A DNA stretch of 54,939 nucleotides from Treponemataceae bacterium (GTDB lineage Bacteria > Spirochaetota > Spirochaetia > Treponematales > Treponemataceae). Below are positions 38,443 to 47,304 of the stretch, in pieces. Numbering within the stretch: position 1 is the stretch's first letter; the number at the start of each line of letters is the position of its first letter. The translations under genes and the position numbers were made by a program. The notes under the pieces were generated by a model that was given only the letters and a program-made list of their open reading frames with translations, made no database searches and was not told the DNA's origin. The stretch is taken from NCBI GenBank assembly GCA_963649315.1, contig CAVJHV010000002.1, positions 20,719-75,657 of the forward strand. The letters are read 5' to 3'.

Positions 38443-38835
38443 ATGGAAAAGAATATTGCAATCGGTACAGGTAGAAGAAAGACAGCTGTAGCTCGTGTAT
38501 TCTTGCGCGAAGGCTCAGGTAAGCTGGTTATTAACGGAAAGGATGTAAAAGAATACTTTTCTACAGAAGAACAGGTAAAGCTGGTTATGCAGCCTCTTCT
38601 GGTTACATCTAACGACAACAAGTTTGATATTCTTGTTAACGTTACTGGTGGTGGTCTTAACGGACAGGCAGCTGCTTGTCTTCACGGATTGGCACGTGCT
38701 CTTACACAGGTAGACCCTAACTGTCACACAGCACTTAAGGCTAACGGTTATCTTACTCGTGACTCACGCATGGTTGAACGCAAAAAGTACGGTCAGCGTG
38801 GTGCCCGCAGAAGATTCCAGTTCTCTAAGCGTTAA
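38443..38835 (+). CDS. rpsI: 30S ribosomal protein S9
   Basis: GTGRRKTAVARV; ERKKYG..ARRRFQFSKR. Confidence 0.98.
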   Translation: MEKNIAIGTGRRKTAVARVFLREGSGKLVINGKDVKEYFSTEEQVKLVMQPLLVTSNDNKFDILVNVTGGGLNGQAAACLHGLARALTQVDPNCHTALKANGYLTRDSRMVERKKYGQRGARRRFQFSKR

Positions 38836-38836
38836 T

Positions 38837-39553
38837 TTGCGTTTACTTGGAATAAAGCAGACTTTGCCGGAGGTGTATCAGATTACGCCGGATGCAGGGT
38901 CTGCATTTTTTTTGCGTACCGTCTATCTCCAGAAAATTCAAGCCAGTCTTTTAGACCAACTTTGCCTTTTGACAGGTTCCTTAAGGCTGGACTCAAGCCC
39001 GGTGGATTTTTCAGCTGTAAGTCAGGAGACCCAAAGTCTTTTTGAAAATGCAGGGGCAGGCACTTTTTTAAAGGATGCAGTTTTGGCTGATTTTGCTGAA
39101 TGTGACATTCTTTTTGCCAGTCGCACTTTCGAATGTGAAAAGGCTGCAATGGCATATCTGGCCAGGGCAGAACAGAATTCTTTTTCTTTAGGGCAAAAAC
39201 TTTTAAAAAAGGGTTTTGAAAAAAATCACATAGAAGCCGCTTTGAATTTTTTAAAAGAGTGTAATTTTTTAAATGATTTTCGCTTTGCTTCTGCATGGCT
39301 AAGGGCCCGGTCTATTGACCACGCTGAAGGAAAGTCAAAAAAACTGTCTGAACTTTTAAGCCGTGGCATTTCCAGAAATGATGCAAAAAGTGCCATTGAA
39401 GAATTTTATAAAAATCACAGCGAAGAAGACGAATGCAAAAAGGCCTTTGAAAAATTAAAAAGGCAAAAGCGAAAGGAAGAAAAAATAATTTCTTCCCTTC
39501 AAAGTTTAGGATTTTCCTATGGCCTTATAAAAAAAACAGTAGGAAGCCTGTGA
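38837..39553 (+). CDS. recX: RecX-family regulator
   Basis: A..YLARAE....L..KL.KKGF, FLNDFRFA..W, ELLSRGI, L.SLGF. Start uncertain; TTG 38837 chosen because it lies just after the rpsI stop. Confidence 0.75.
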   Translation: MRLLGIKQTLPEVYQITPDAGSAFFLRTVYLQKIQASLLDQLCLLTGSLRLDSSPVDFSAVSQETQSLFENAGAGTFLKDAVLADFAECDILFASRTFECEKAAMAYLARAEQNSFSLGQKLLKKGFEKNHIEAALNFLKECNFLNDFRFASAWLRARSIDHAEGKSKKLSELLSRGISRNDAKSAIEEFYKNHSEEDECKKAFEKLKRQKRKEEKIISSLQSLGFSYGLIKKTVGSL

Positions 39554-39632
39554 TAATTTTTAGTTTTTTTTTACAGATACTTTTTTATAGTAGTTGAAAT
39601 TCCTGTAAATTTGTAAAATATTTTTTAAAGCG

Positions 39633-40247
39633 ATGAACAAGAAAGAAGATAAACCCAGCAAAACAATTGTATTTTCGGGACTAGAAGCAGCAACTCTTTG
39701 TGGCGTTGTAAACCAGACTGCCCTTAACTGGATCAGGGCTGGTTATTTAAAAGCCTTTCAAACCCCTGGCGGTCAGTTTAGAATTTATCCTGAGGATCTG
39801 GCTGACTTTATGGAAAAAAGAGGCATTGAAATTCCGCCTGACCTGCAGAAAATTCTTGATGCTAAAAAAACTGAACAAAAGAAAAAGACTTTTTTGATTG
39901 TTGATGATGACAAGGCTTTTAACAAAGTGACTTGTGAATATTTGCAAAAGAATTTGCCGGATGTGGAAATTTTCCGGGCTTATGACGGCTTTGAAGCGGG
40001 CAGCCTTTTTTCTAAAGAAAAACCCCAGCTGGTCATTTTGGATTTGAATCTGCCGGGGGTGGACGGAATTGAAGTGTGCCGTAAAATTCGCCAGGCTGAC
40101 GGTGAAAACAAAACAGATGTCATCATCATTACAGCAATGGAAGACGAAGAAAGCCAGGCTAAGTGCCAGGAACTGGGTGTGGTAAGTTACATTCATAAAC
40201 CTGTAAATTTAACAAACCTTTTGGAAATCATAAAAAAACTGGACTAG
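39633..40247 (+). CDS. Excisionase-type HTH + receiver-domain regulator
   Basis: EAATLCGV..QT..NWI..G.LKA.QTPGGQFRI; REC motifs LIVDDD, ILDLNLPG.DG, KP. Confidence 0.88.
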   Translation: MNKKEDKPSKTIVFSGLEAATLCGVVNQTALNWIRAGYLKAFQTPGGQFRIYPEDLADFMEKRGIEIPPDLQKILDAKKTEQKKKTFLIVDDDKAFNKVTCEYLQKNLPDVEIFRAYDGFEAGSLFSKEKPQLVILDLNLPGVDGIEVCRKIRQADGENKTDVIIITAMEDEESQAKCQELGVVSYIHKPVNLTNLLEIIKKLD

Positions 40248-40299
40248 GACTTGGCCAGCCGCTAAAGGACAACTTAAAAAAAATATATATCAGATAAAA

Positions 40300-40345
40300 G
40301 AGGGCAGGGTAAAGACTTTACTGTTTTACCTGCCCTTAATTTTTT
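40300..40345 (+). terminator. Probable terminator
   Basis: AGGGCAGGGTAAAG...TTTTACCTGCCCT followed by a T run. Confidence 0.6.
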
Positions 40346-40455
40346 CTAAAATCCTACCCCTAAAAAAAATCCCATTAAATATCTGCCTTTAGACTATATT
40401 TTTATTGAATTTTCCTGTATAATCTGCCCACTTTTATTTTAAATTTTATTCTATT

Positions 40456-42069
40456 ATGGAGAACAAAATGACTTCATCAACTATCGCAATGATTGCTGCT
40501 TTTGCCATTTATTTAATTTTAATGGTAGTTGTAGGAATTTTTTCCTCAAAGGGCAATGACACTGCTTCAGACTTTTTCCTGGGCGGAAGAAAACTGGGCC
40601 CTTGGGTAACAGCACTTTCTGCAGAAGCTTCAGATTCTTCTGCATGGCTTTTGATGGGCTTACCTGGCTTGTGCTACCTGGGCGGATTTAAAGAAACTTT
40701 TTGGACATCACTTGGTCTTATTGTAGGAACATATCTTGCATGGCTTTTTGTTGCAAAAAATCTTAGAAAATGTTCAATTACTTATGGGGACTCAATTACA
40801 ATCCCGGAATTTCTGACCAACCGTTTTAATGACAAAAGTCACATTCTGTCAGCAATTTCTGTTTTCTTTATTGTTGTATTCTTTACCATTTACACGGCAT
40901 CTGGTTTTGTAGCATGCGCAAAACTTTTCCGCTCAGTATTTGGTTTGCAGTGGGGCTACGGTCTGGCAATTGGATTTGTAATCATCCTGGCATACACAAT
41001 CATGGGCGGTTACAAGGCAGTTTGTCTTACTGACTTCATTCAGGGCACCTTGATTTTTATAGCCTTTGTTTTTTCTGCAATCGTAATCATTTTAAACCTG
41101 GGCGGAGTAACAAACGCTGTCAGCCAGGTGCAAAACTTTACAGACAGGGCCCTGTCCGGAGAATTAGGCACTGAGTTCATGAAAAACTTTACTGCCAACA
41201 AATCATATTCTCCAGTTTCTGCCATTTCTGCCTTTGCCTGGTGTTTAGGCTACTTTGGCATGCCGCACATCATTGTCCGCTTCATGGGCATCCGCTCAAA
41301 CAAAGAAATTAAAACAGCCCGTCGCATTGGCATTGTCTGGATGATTGTTTCTTATGTTGGAACATTTATCATCGGAACATTAGGAACAGCCTTCCTCTTT
41401 AAGAACGGCATTCTTTTGGGAACAGACAACATTCTTGAAGGAGTAAAAGCTTTGGGCGAAAACGGTGGCATTATTGCTGCTGTAAAGGGACTGGGCGCTG
41501 GTACACAGGAAGCCGTTTTCTCTGAATCAATTAAGCTGATGTTCCCGGCATTTATTGCAGGGCTTTTCCTTTGCGCTATTCTGGCAGCATCTATGTCTAC
41601 AGCAGACTCCCAGCTTCTGGCAGCTTCTTCAGCAGTTGGCCAGGATATTTTCAAGGGTTTAATCAAAAAAGACGCATCTGACAAGACTGTGCTTTTGGTT
41701 AGCCGCATAAGCGTTTTTGTAATCGCCGTAGTTGGTCTGCTTTTAGCATTAAATCCAGACTCTTCTATTTTTAATCTTGTTTCTTTTGCATGGTCAGGCT
41801 TTGGTGCAACATTCGGTCCTCTTATTTTGCTGGCCCTCTACTGGAAAAAGGCAACTGCTGCTGGTGCCATTGCCGGTCTTATTGCAGGTGGCCTGACAGA
41901 TGTTGTCTGGCACTACATACCTTCAAGCATCAGCCCGGTTTTTGGTATTTACGAAATTCTTCCAGCCTTTATGATTTGTCTTTTGGTAACAATTGTGGTT
42001 TCTCTTTGCACAAAAAAGGATCCTGAAGTTCTTGCAAAGTTTGACCAGTACAAAAAAATGGCTGATTAG
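40456..42069 (+). CDS. putP: Sodium/proline symporter (PutP-like)
   Basis: FFLGGRKLGPWVTALSAEASD.S.WLLMGLPG, GYFGMPHI..RFM, AASMSTADSQLL. Confidence 0.88.
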   Translation: MENKMTSSTIAMIAAFAIYLILMVVVGIFSSKGNDTASDFFLGGRKLGPWVTALSAEASDSSAWLLMGLPGLCYLGGFKETFWTSLGLIVGTYLAWLFVAKNLRKCSITYGDSITIPEFLTNRFNDKSHILSAISVFFIVVFFTIYTASGFVACAKLFRSVFGLQWGYGLAIGFVIILAYTIMGGYKAVCLTDFIQGTLIFIAFVFSAIVIILNLGGVTNAVSQVQNFTDRALSGELGTEFMKNFTANKSYSPVSAISAFAWCLGYFGMPHIIVRFMGIRSNKEIKTARRIGIVWMIVSYVGTFIIGTLGTAFLFKNGILLGTDNILEGVKALGENGGIIAAVKGLGAGTQEAVFSESIKLMFPAFIAGLFLCAILAASMSTADSQLLAASSAVGQDIFKGLIKKDASDKTVLLVSRISVFVIAVVGLLLALNPDSSIFNLVSFAWSGFGATFGPLILLALYWKKATAAGAIAGLIAGGLTDVVWHYIPSSISPVFGIYEILPAFMICLLVTIVVSLCTKKDPEVLAKFDQYKKMAD

Positions 42070-42097
42070 TTTTTTATGGGGCAAGCGTTTTTTCCAA

Positions 42098-42272
42098 GGG
42101 CCCTTCCGCAGTGCGCTGGCGCTTAAAGAAAGGTGTTTTAAGAATGCTTACCCCCGACTCAGTTTTTTATAGGGTGGGTCGCAAAAAAAAAGATTTTGCT
42201 TTTTGTAAAGCCCACCTTTCTTCGCTTCAGGCAGTAAACTGCCTTCGCGCTGCTACACGGCCCTGCCGGCCC
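42098..42272 (+). repeat. Family A copy A6 (expanded interior)
   Basis: GGGCCCTTCCGC ... CTTCAGGCAGTAAACTGCCTTCGCGCTGCTACACGGCCC. Confidence 0.65.
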
Positions 42273-42344
42273 TCTTTAAAATAAGAAATCCCCAGCCTTC
42301 TAAGAAAGCCGGGGATTTTTTATGCTTTTGTAAAAGACAGCTAA

Positions 42345-42381
42345 GGGAGCTGCAGAAAAACTGCAATTTTTAGAACTGCCC
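42345..42381. repeat. Family B degenerate unit
   Basis: CTAA-GGGAGCTGCAGAAAAACTGCAATTTTTAGAACTGCCC-TTAA. Confidence 0.6.
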
Positions 42382-42401
42382 TTAAACTTTACTAAAAAGA
42401 A

Positions 42402-43040
42402 CTACCTTTTTGTGTAGGTCCATTCTGAATGGTAAGTGTTAGTTGATTCATTTCCATTAGCACTGCTTTGACCCTTGCTGTATTCAGTTGCCTTTGCCTT
42501 GCGGGTAATTGTCTTTTTGTCTTTGCTTTGGTTTACCTTGATGTCAGAATATTCTACGTCATTTTTTGGGGTACTTCCTTTATCCGCAAAAAGGATGGCC
42601 TTGTATGCTGCCAAAGTAAAAGTTTGTTTAGAAGTATTTTTTTCTAAATCATTATATGTGTGAGTGATTATGAAGTCTTCATCGTCACATGTGTAGCTAT
42701 CATCATCTTTATATGTTTCTTTATCTGTATTATAGTCTGTTTCGCTAAGGTAGTCTTCAGCTGTTGAAATGGTTATCTCTGTTATACTGTCTCCGCTAAC
42801 AGTAACTTCTATGTTTTCAGTGTAGATGAAATCATTATCTGTGTCCCAAGAATAGGTTGCCACCCTTTTTAGATCATAAGTGCCTTCTTCCAGGGTAAGG
42901 GCGTCTGCATTTGCTACGCTTGTGTCATAGGTTTGCTTTTCTTCGTCATCACCATTTGTTTTAGTAAACCAGCATGATGTGAAAGAAAAAATGGCCAGTA
43001 AAGCAATGGCTGTAAAAAAAAATGATTTAATCTTTTTCAT
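42402..43040 (-). CDS. Hypothetical acidic lipoprotein
   Basis: SD AGGAG; MKK-hydrophobic-FTSC lipobox; D/E/T-rich mature part; start moved to 43040. Confidence 0.75.
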   Translation of the reverse strand: MKKIKSFFFTAIALLAIFSFTSCWFTKTNGDDEEKQTYDTSVANADALTLEEGTYDLKRVATYSWDTDNDFIYTENIEVTVSGDSITEITISTAEDYLSETDYNTDKETYKDDDSYTCDDEDFIITHTYNDLEKNTSKQTFTLAAYKAILFADKGSTPKNDVEYSDIKVNQSKDKKTITRKAKATEYSKGQSSANGNESTNTYHSEWTYTKR

Positions 43041-43132
43041 AGTAACTCCTTGTAAAAAGCCGGCCTGCGGCAGTTTGTGGAGGCGTTGACTCTGCACTTT
43101 TCACCTCCTGTAAGTAAAATTTGAGTTTTAAT

Positions 43133-43168
43133 AGTTATCTCTAAACATTGTAATTTTTAGAGGCTCCC
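43133..43168. repeat. Family B unit (right end)
   Basis: AGTTATCTCTAAACATTGTAATTTTTAGAGGCTCCC-TTAA; matches 24780-24819. Confidence 0.7.
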
Positions 43169-43295
43169 TTAAATGGTTTTGCTAAGTAAAATCATTTACT
43201 AACATCTCTTTAAAAAGTATAAAGAAAAAATTTGCAAAAAACAAATTTTCCTTTATAAAAAAGTGCCTTATAACTGATTTTTTATTCACGTTTTT

Positions 43296-44012
43296 TTACA
43301 GGCTGTCCTTAAACAAAAATTTTTGATTTAAAAGGGTTACTGCGTAGCCTTCAAGACTGCCAAGGATGGCGCCTGCAATTACATCTGTAAAAAAGTGGTT
43401 GCCGCTTATTATTCTTAAGGTGCCTGTTACCAGGGCAAAAATGTAGGCAAGACCAATTAAAAAAATGCTAAGGGTGCTTTGCTTTTTTAAAGAGATATTT
43501 TTTTTGTAAAAGACCAGGGTAGCTGTAAAAAAGGCTGCTCCTAAACAGGCATTGCATGTGTGGCCAGAAGGAAATGAATGCTGAAAGTCACCGTTTAAAA
43601 TTCCCTTTGGTGAAGGATTTTCAAAGTACATGTAGGGCCTGATTCTTTCCACTGCGGACTTTATAAAATCGTAAATGCCTTTGGAGAAAAAAATACATGT
43701 CGCGTAAACCAGAAGGAGGGTAAAAAAAGTAAAGGCTTTTCTTTTTGACTTAACTGTAGAAAATATTAAAATGGCCAGGGGCAGGACAACAAGGTCAAGG
43801 GCACAGGTTAAGTCTGAAATTTTATGTAAAATGTGGTGGTAAGGCCTTGCCAGACTGCGGTCCAAAATGTTTACAGAAAAAATGTCAAAAAGGCTTTTGT
43901 CCCAGGGGGCGCTGCTTGTTGCATGCATAAAAATTTGCGAAAAGGTAAAAAATGCAGCTGCCACAAGAAATAAAATAATTGTAAAAGATAAATTGTTTTT
44001 TTTGTTTTCCAT
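43296..44012 (-). CDS. PAP2-family membrane phosphatase
   Basis: K.....RIRP, SFPSGH, R...G.HF.TDV.AG. Confidence 0.9.
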   Translation of the reverse strand: MENKKNNLSFTIILFLVAAAFFTFSQIFMHATSSAPWDKSLFDIFSVNILDRSLARPYHHILHKISDLTCALDLVVLPLAILIFSTVKSKRKAFTFFTLLLVYATCIFFSKGIYDFIKSAVERIRPYMYFENPSPKGILNGDFQHSFPSGHTCNACLGAAFFTATLVFYKKNISLKKQSTLSIFLIGLAYIFALVTGTLRIISGNHFFTDVIAGAILGSLEGYAVTLLNQKFLFKDSL

Positions 44013-44160
44013 TTTTTTATTTTACCATAATTTGTCTTTTTTTTACATTTTTTCTAAAGATAAATTTCTTAAAGGAAAGGGCTGCCTGTAAAAGCTGCGG
44101 GTAAAAGGTTTTGCTTAAGATTTTGCTTTTTTCTTTAAGGAAAAAGGCGCCTGTATAAGA

Positions 44161-44280
44161 CGCGTTAGGGCGTGGAAGCCCTGCGAAGGCAGTTTCAACT
44201 GCCGAAGCAGAAGTCAAAAGGTCTGCAATTTGCAGACCTTTTGACTTTGGAGCGAAAGCGGAAGGCTGTAAGGCCCGGCC
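44161..44280 (-). repeat. Family A copy A7
   Basis: On +: GGCGTGGAAGCCC...long perfect stem AAGTCAAAAGGTCTGCAA/TTGCAGACCTTTTGACTT...GAAGGCTGTAAGGCCC. Confidence 0.65.
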
Positions 44281-44292
44281 TGCCGCCAGGCA

Positions 44293-44384
44293 GGCAACGT
44301 CCAACGAAGTTTCAAGGCAACGTCCAACGAAGTTTCAAGGCAACGTCCAACGGAGTTTCAAGGTTACGTCCAACGAAGTTTCAA
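44293..44384 (+). repeat. 23-bp tandem repeat x4
   Basis: GGCAACGTCCAACGAAGTTTCAA, contiguous, 0-2 mismatches per unit. Confidence 0.95.
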
Positions 44385-44410
44385 TGCAGACCTAGCGAAC
44401 CACCACCCAC

Positions 44411-44449
44411 AAAAAAAGGCCCCTTCTAAAAAAGAAGAAGCCTTTTAGC
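44411..44449 (-). terminator. Terminator of GH94 gene
   Basis: On -: AAAAGGCTTCTTCT-loop-AGAAGGGGCCTTTTTTT. Confidence 0.7.
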
Positions 44450-44464
44450 GAAAGTTAAGCGGGA

Positions 44465-46891
44465 TTAAACGCGCTCAGCCTGGTAGGTCTTAGCATCCTT
44501 GCCCATGTAAACGACAATTTTTGACCCGTCTTTAATCTGGTCTATTGGCAGATAGCATGCGTCAAGACGCTTTCCGTCCACTTCGATGTATTCAACACCC
44601 TTAGAAACGTGCTGTGGATTTTTTACTTCGATGTGAATGTTCATATTTCTCCAGCGGCGTTCTACAGTGTAGCCGTCCCAGTCGTGCTTAATACATGGAT
44701 CAAAAAGAAGTCCGTCGTACTGAGGTTTTACGCCCAGCATGTACTGAGTGATTGCGTAGTATGACCATGTTGCAGCACCCGAAAGCCAGGATGTTCTCGT
44801 GTTTCCAGGACGTTTTGAATATGTAGAATATGTTGTCTGTCCAATAACATAAGGTTCGCTCTGGCGGATTTCTGCCTTGTCGTTGTAAGCGGCAGGAATT
44901 GAAGCCTTGCAGTATTCGTAAGCACGGTCGCCGTTTCCAAGCATTGTTTCTGCAATAACGCCCCAGCCCTGTGTATGGTTAAAGATACCGGCATTTTCCT
45001 TAATACCTTTAAGGAATACTACAGATGTCATGATGTCGCTTCTTGTCTTTACGAATGGAGGCGCACAAAGCATTAAACCGTAAGGAGTTGCAAGTTTTTC
45101 TTTTACAGCTTCCATACAAAGTTTTGCCTGTTCTGGAGTTGCAGCTGATGACATAACAGCCCACACCTGAGTATTAAGATAAATCTGTCCTTCTTCGATT
45201 GTGTGAGTTCCGTAAACAGTTCCGTCTTCGCCAATTGCCCAGACAAACCATTTGCCGTCCCAGCATTTTTTCTGAATGTTTTCGTCCAGAGTTTTTCTCT
45301 GAGCCAAAGCCCACTCTGCTTCATCATTTTTGCCAAGGCGTTTTGAAATATCAGCGTAAGTTGTAAGGCCCAGACGCAGCTGGAATGTTACGAACAAAGA
45401 TTCACCGTGGTAGCCAAGTTTAAGACAGTCGTTCCAGTCAGCCAAAAGACCGCAAGGAAGTCCGTCTGCACCCATACGCTCCAGGTTAAATTCCAGGGCA
45501 CGCTTCAAGTGACCGTAAACTGTAGCTTCTCCGCCATCAGCATAAGGAACAACCTTATTGTAGAAGTCAAAATCACCTGTTTCTGCAACATAGCAAGGAA
45601 CAGCATTAAAGAACCATTCACAGTCATCAGAACGGAATTCTTCCGGCTTTGGAGCCTTTTCGTGGCCGGCGTTAAAATCCTTGGAAATAACAGGAACAGC
45701 ACCACCATTCTGGCACTGACCAGAAATAAGGCGGACAAGGCGCTCTTCTGCTTCTTTTGGAATTGCGGCAGAAACTCCCAGAATATCCTGAACTGAATCA
45801 CGGTAGCCAAGACCATCGCGTTCTCCGTTGTAAACAAGAGAAGCTGCACGGCTCCAGGCAAAAGTGATGAGTGAGTTGTAAAGTCCCCAGACATTTACTG
45901 TGTGGTTAATGTCTTCATCTGGAGTGATTGCCTTGTAAGAACCAAGTTTTGCGTGCCAGTTTTCAACCAGTTTGTCAAATTCCTGGTCTGCACGCTGGAA
46001 GTTTCCAAATTCGTTTACAATCTTCTGGCCAACAGCGCGGGCATCATCAATACCCAGCATAAGCATAACTTCTTTTGTTTCGCCAGGCTGCAATTCTAAA
46101 TCACCCTGAACTGTACCGCAGGAGTTATCACCATAAGCTTCAGAATTTGTACATGCTCCATCAACAACAGCCTTTGGATGTTCATAAGAACCGTAAGTTC
46201 CAATAAATGCTTCGCGGCTTGTATCAAAACCAGTCATCGGAGTTCCAACCAAAGCAACCCACTGGCTCATATAAGCACCGCCAACTTCCCATTCCGGATG
46301 CTGGATATAAAGATTGTCCTGAATTGAATAACGGAGAAGATTATCAGCAACTTTTTCACCTTTTACGATAAAAAGAGAATACTGAAGATTTACCTGGTCC
46401 TGAGTTGTATTCCACTGGTTGGCAAATTCACAGTAAGAAAAAAGACGGATTTTGCGGGCCTTGTCAGAAGTATTTGTTACCTTAAGGCGCCAGTATTCAA
46501 AATTCTGTCCAAGAGGAACGTAATATTTTGTTTCAGATTTAATTCCCTTGTATTCAGAAGTGATGATTGTGTAAGCAGTACCGTGGCGGCATTCAGACTT
46601 GTACTGATCAAGAGGTTTACCTACAGGCTGCCATGAAGCCGACCAGAAATCACCATCTTCCATATCACGAAGATAAAAATAACGGCCAGGTTGATCCATT
46701 GGAATAGAATTAAAGCGAAGTCTCATAAAACGACCCTGGGCTCCAGACTTGTAAAAACCATAACCGCCGGCATTGTTTGTAATGACAGCTCCATAAACGG
46801 TAGACCCCAGATAGTTGCTCCAAGAAGTTGGAGTGTCCGGGCGAGTGATGACATATTCAGCCTTGTCATCGTCAAAATAACCGTATTTCAT
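44465..46891 (-). CDS. GH94 glycoside phosphorylase (cellodextrin/chitobiose type)
   Basis: MKYGYFD..EYVITRP, GYRDSVQD, ADWNDCL, KENAGIFNH, SWLSGAATW. Confidence 0.92.
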   Translation of the reverse strand: MKYGYFDDDKAEYVITRPDTPTSWSNYLGSTVYGAVITNNAGGYGFYKSGAQGRFMRLRFNSIPMDQPGRYFYLRDMEDGDFWSASWQPVGKPLDQYKSECRHGTAYTIITSEYKGIKSETKYYVPLGQNFEYWRLKVTNTSDKARKIRLFSYCEFANQWNTTQDQVNLQYSLFIVKGEKVADNLLRYSIQDNLYIQHPEWEVGGAYMSQWVALVGTPMTGFDTSREAFIGTYGSYEHPKAVVDGACTNSEAYGDNSCGTVQGDLELQPGETKEVMLMLGIDDARAVGQKIVNEFGNFQRADQEFDKLVENWHAKLGSYKAITPDEDINHTVNVWGLYNSLITFAWSRAASLVYNGERDGLGYRDSVQDILGVSAAIPKEAEERLVRLISGQCQNGGAVPVISKDFNAGHEKAPKPEEFRSDDCEWFFNAVPCYVAETGDFDFYNKVVPYADGGEATVYGHLKRALEFNLERMGADGLPCGLLADWNDCLKLGYHGESLFVTFQLRLGLTTYADISKRLGKNDEAEWALAQRKTLDENIQKKCWDGKWFVWAIGEDGTVYGTHTIEEGQIYLNTQVWAVMSSAATPEQAKLCMEAVKEKLATPYGLMLCAPPFVKTRSDIMTSVVFLKGIKENAGIFNHTQGWGVIAETMLGNGDRAYEYCKASIPAAYNDKAEIRQSEPYVIGQTTYSTYSKRPGNTRTSWLSGAATWSYYAITQYMLGVKPQYDGLLFDPCIKHDWDGYTVERRWRNMNIHIEVKNPQHVSKGVEYIEVDGKRLDACYLPIDQIKDGSKIVVYMGKDAKTYQAERV

Positions 46892-47010
46892 AAAAATCTC
46901 CTGAGAGTAAAATTATTTTTCCTAAAAAGAAAATTCGCTTAAATATTATGTTAATTAAAGTTAAGTGTCTACTGACTTTTTTTAAGTTTTTACTTTAATT
47001 TTTTTTTATT

Positions 47011-47104
47011 TTTTTGGCATGCCGACTTTTGTTTAACGGCCCTTCCGCCACTTGCTGCGCGCGGTCCTTCGGACTGCCTTCGGCATGGCTACACGGCCGG
47101 CCAG
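47011..47104 (+). repeat. Family A copy A8
   Basis: GCATGCCGACTTTTGTTTAACGGCCCTTCC...ACACGGCCGGCCAG. Confidence 0.85.
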
Positions 47105-47109
47105 ACCTT

Positions 47110-47286
47110 TTTTGAATAGAAATGCGCTTTTCGTAAAGGGGGGTGGAATTTGAAAGAGGTACTGCTTTTGTAAAGAAATGCTGTTTTTGAATAGCATTAT
47201 TTCATTCGTAAAGCAGCCCTTGCTTGAAAGAAATGTTGCTTTCGTAAAGAAGGGCTGGTCTTATTCCGAAGGACTCCATTCGTAAA
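47110..47286 (-). repeat. Degenerate 18-19-bp-period array attached to A8
   Basis: 9-bp motifs at 47110, 47129, 47148, 47166, 47185, 47204, 47222, 47240 and 47278. Confidence 0.7.
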
Positions 47287-47304
47287 GCAGACCTCTCAAT
47301 TATA

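Noticed and set aside
44293..44384. Possible CRISPR array (units contain GTTTCAA)
   Set aside because: Repeats are contiguous with no unique spacers, and no cas genes are in the window
46953..47000. Inverted repeat AATTAAAGT-N30-ACTTTAATT upstream of the GH94 gene as an operator
   Set aside because: Very AT-rich context makes a chance match likely, and no cognate regulator is nearby
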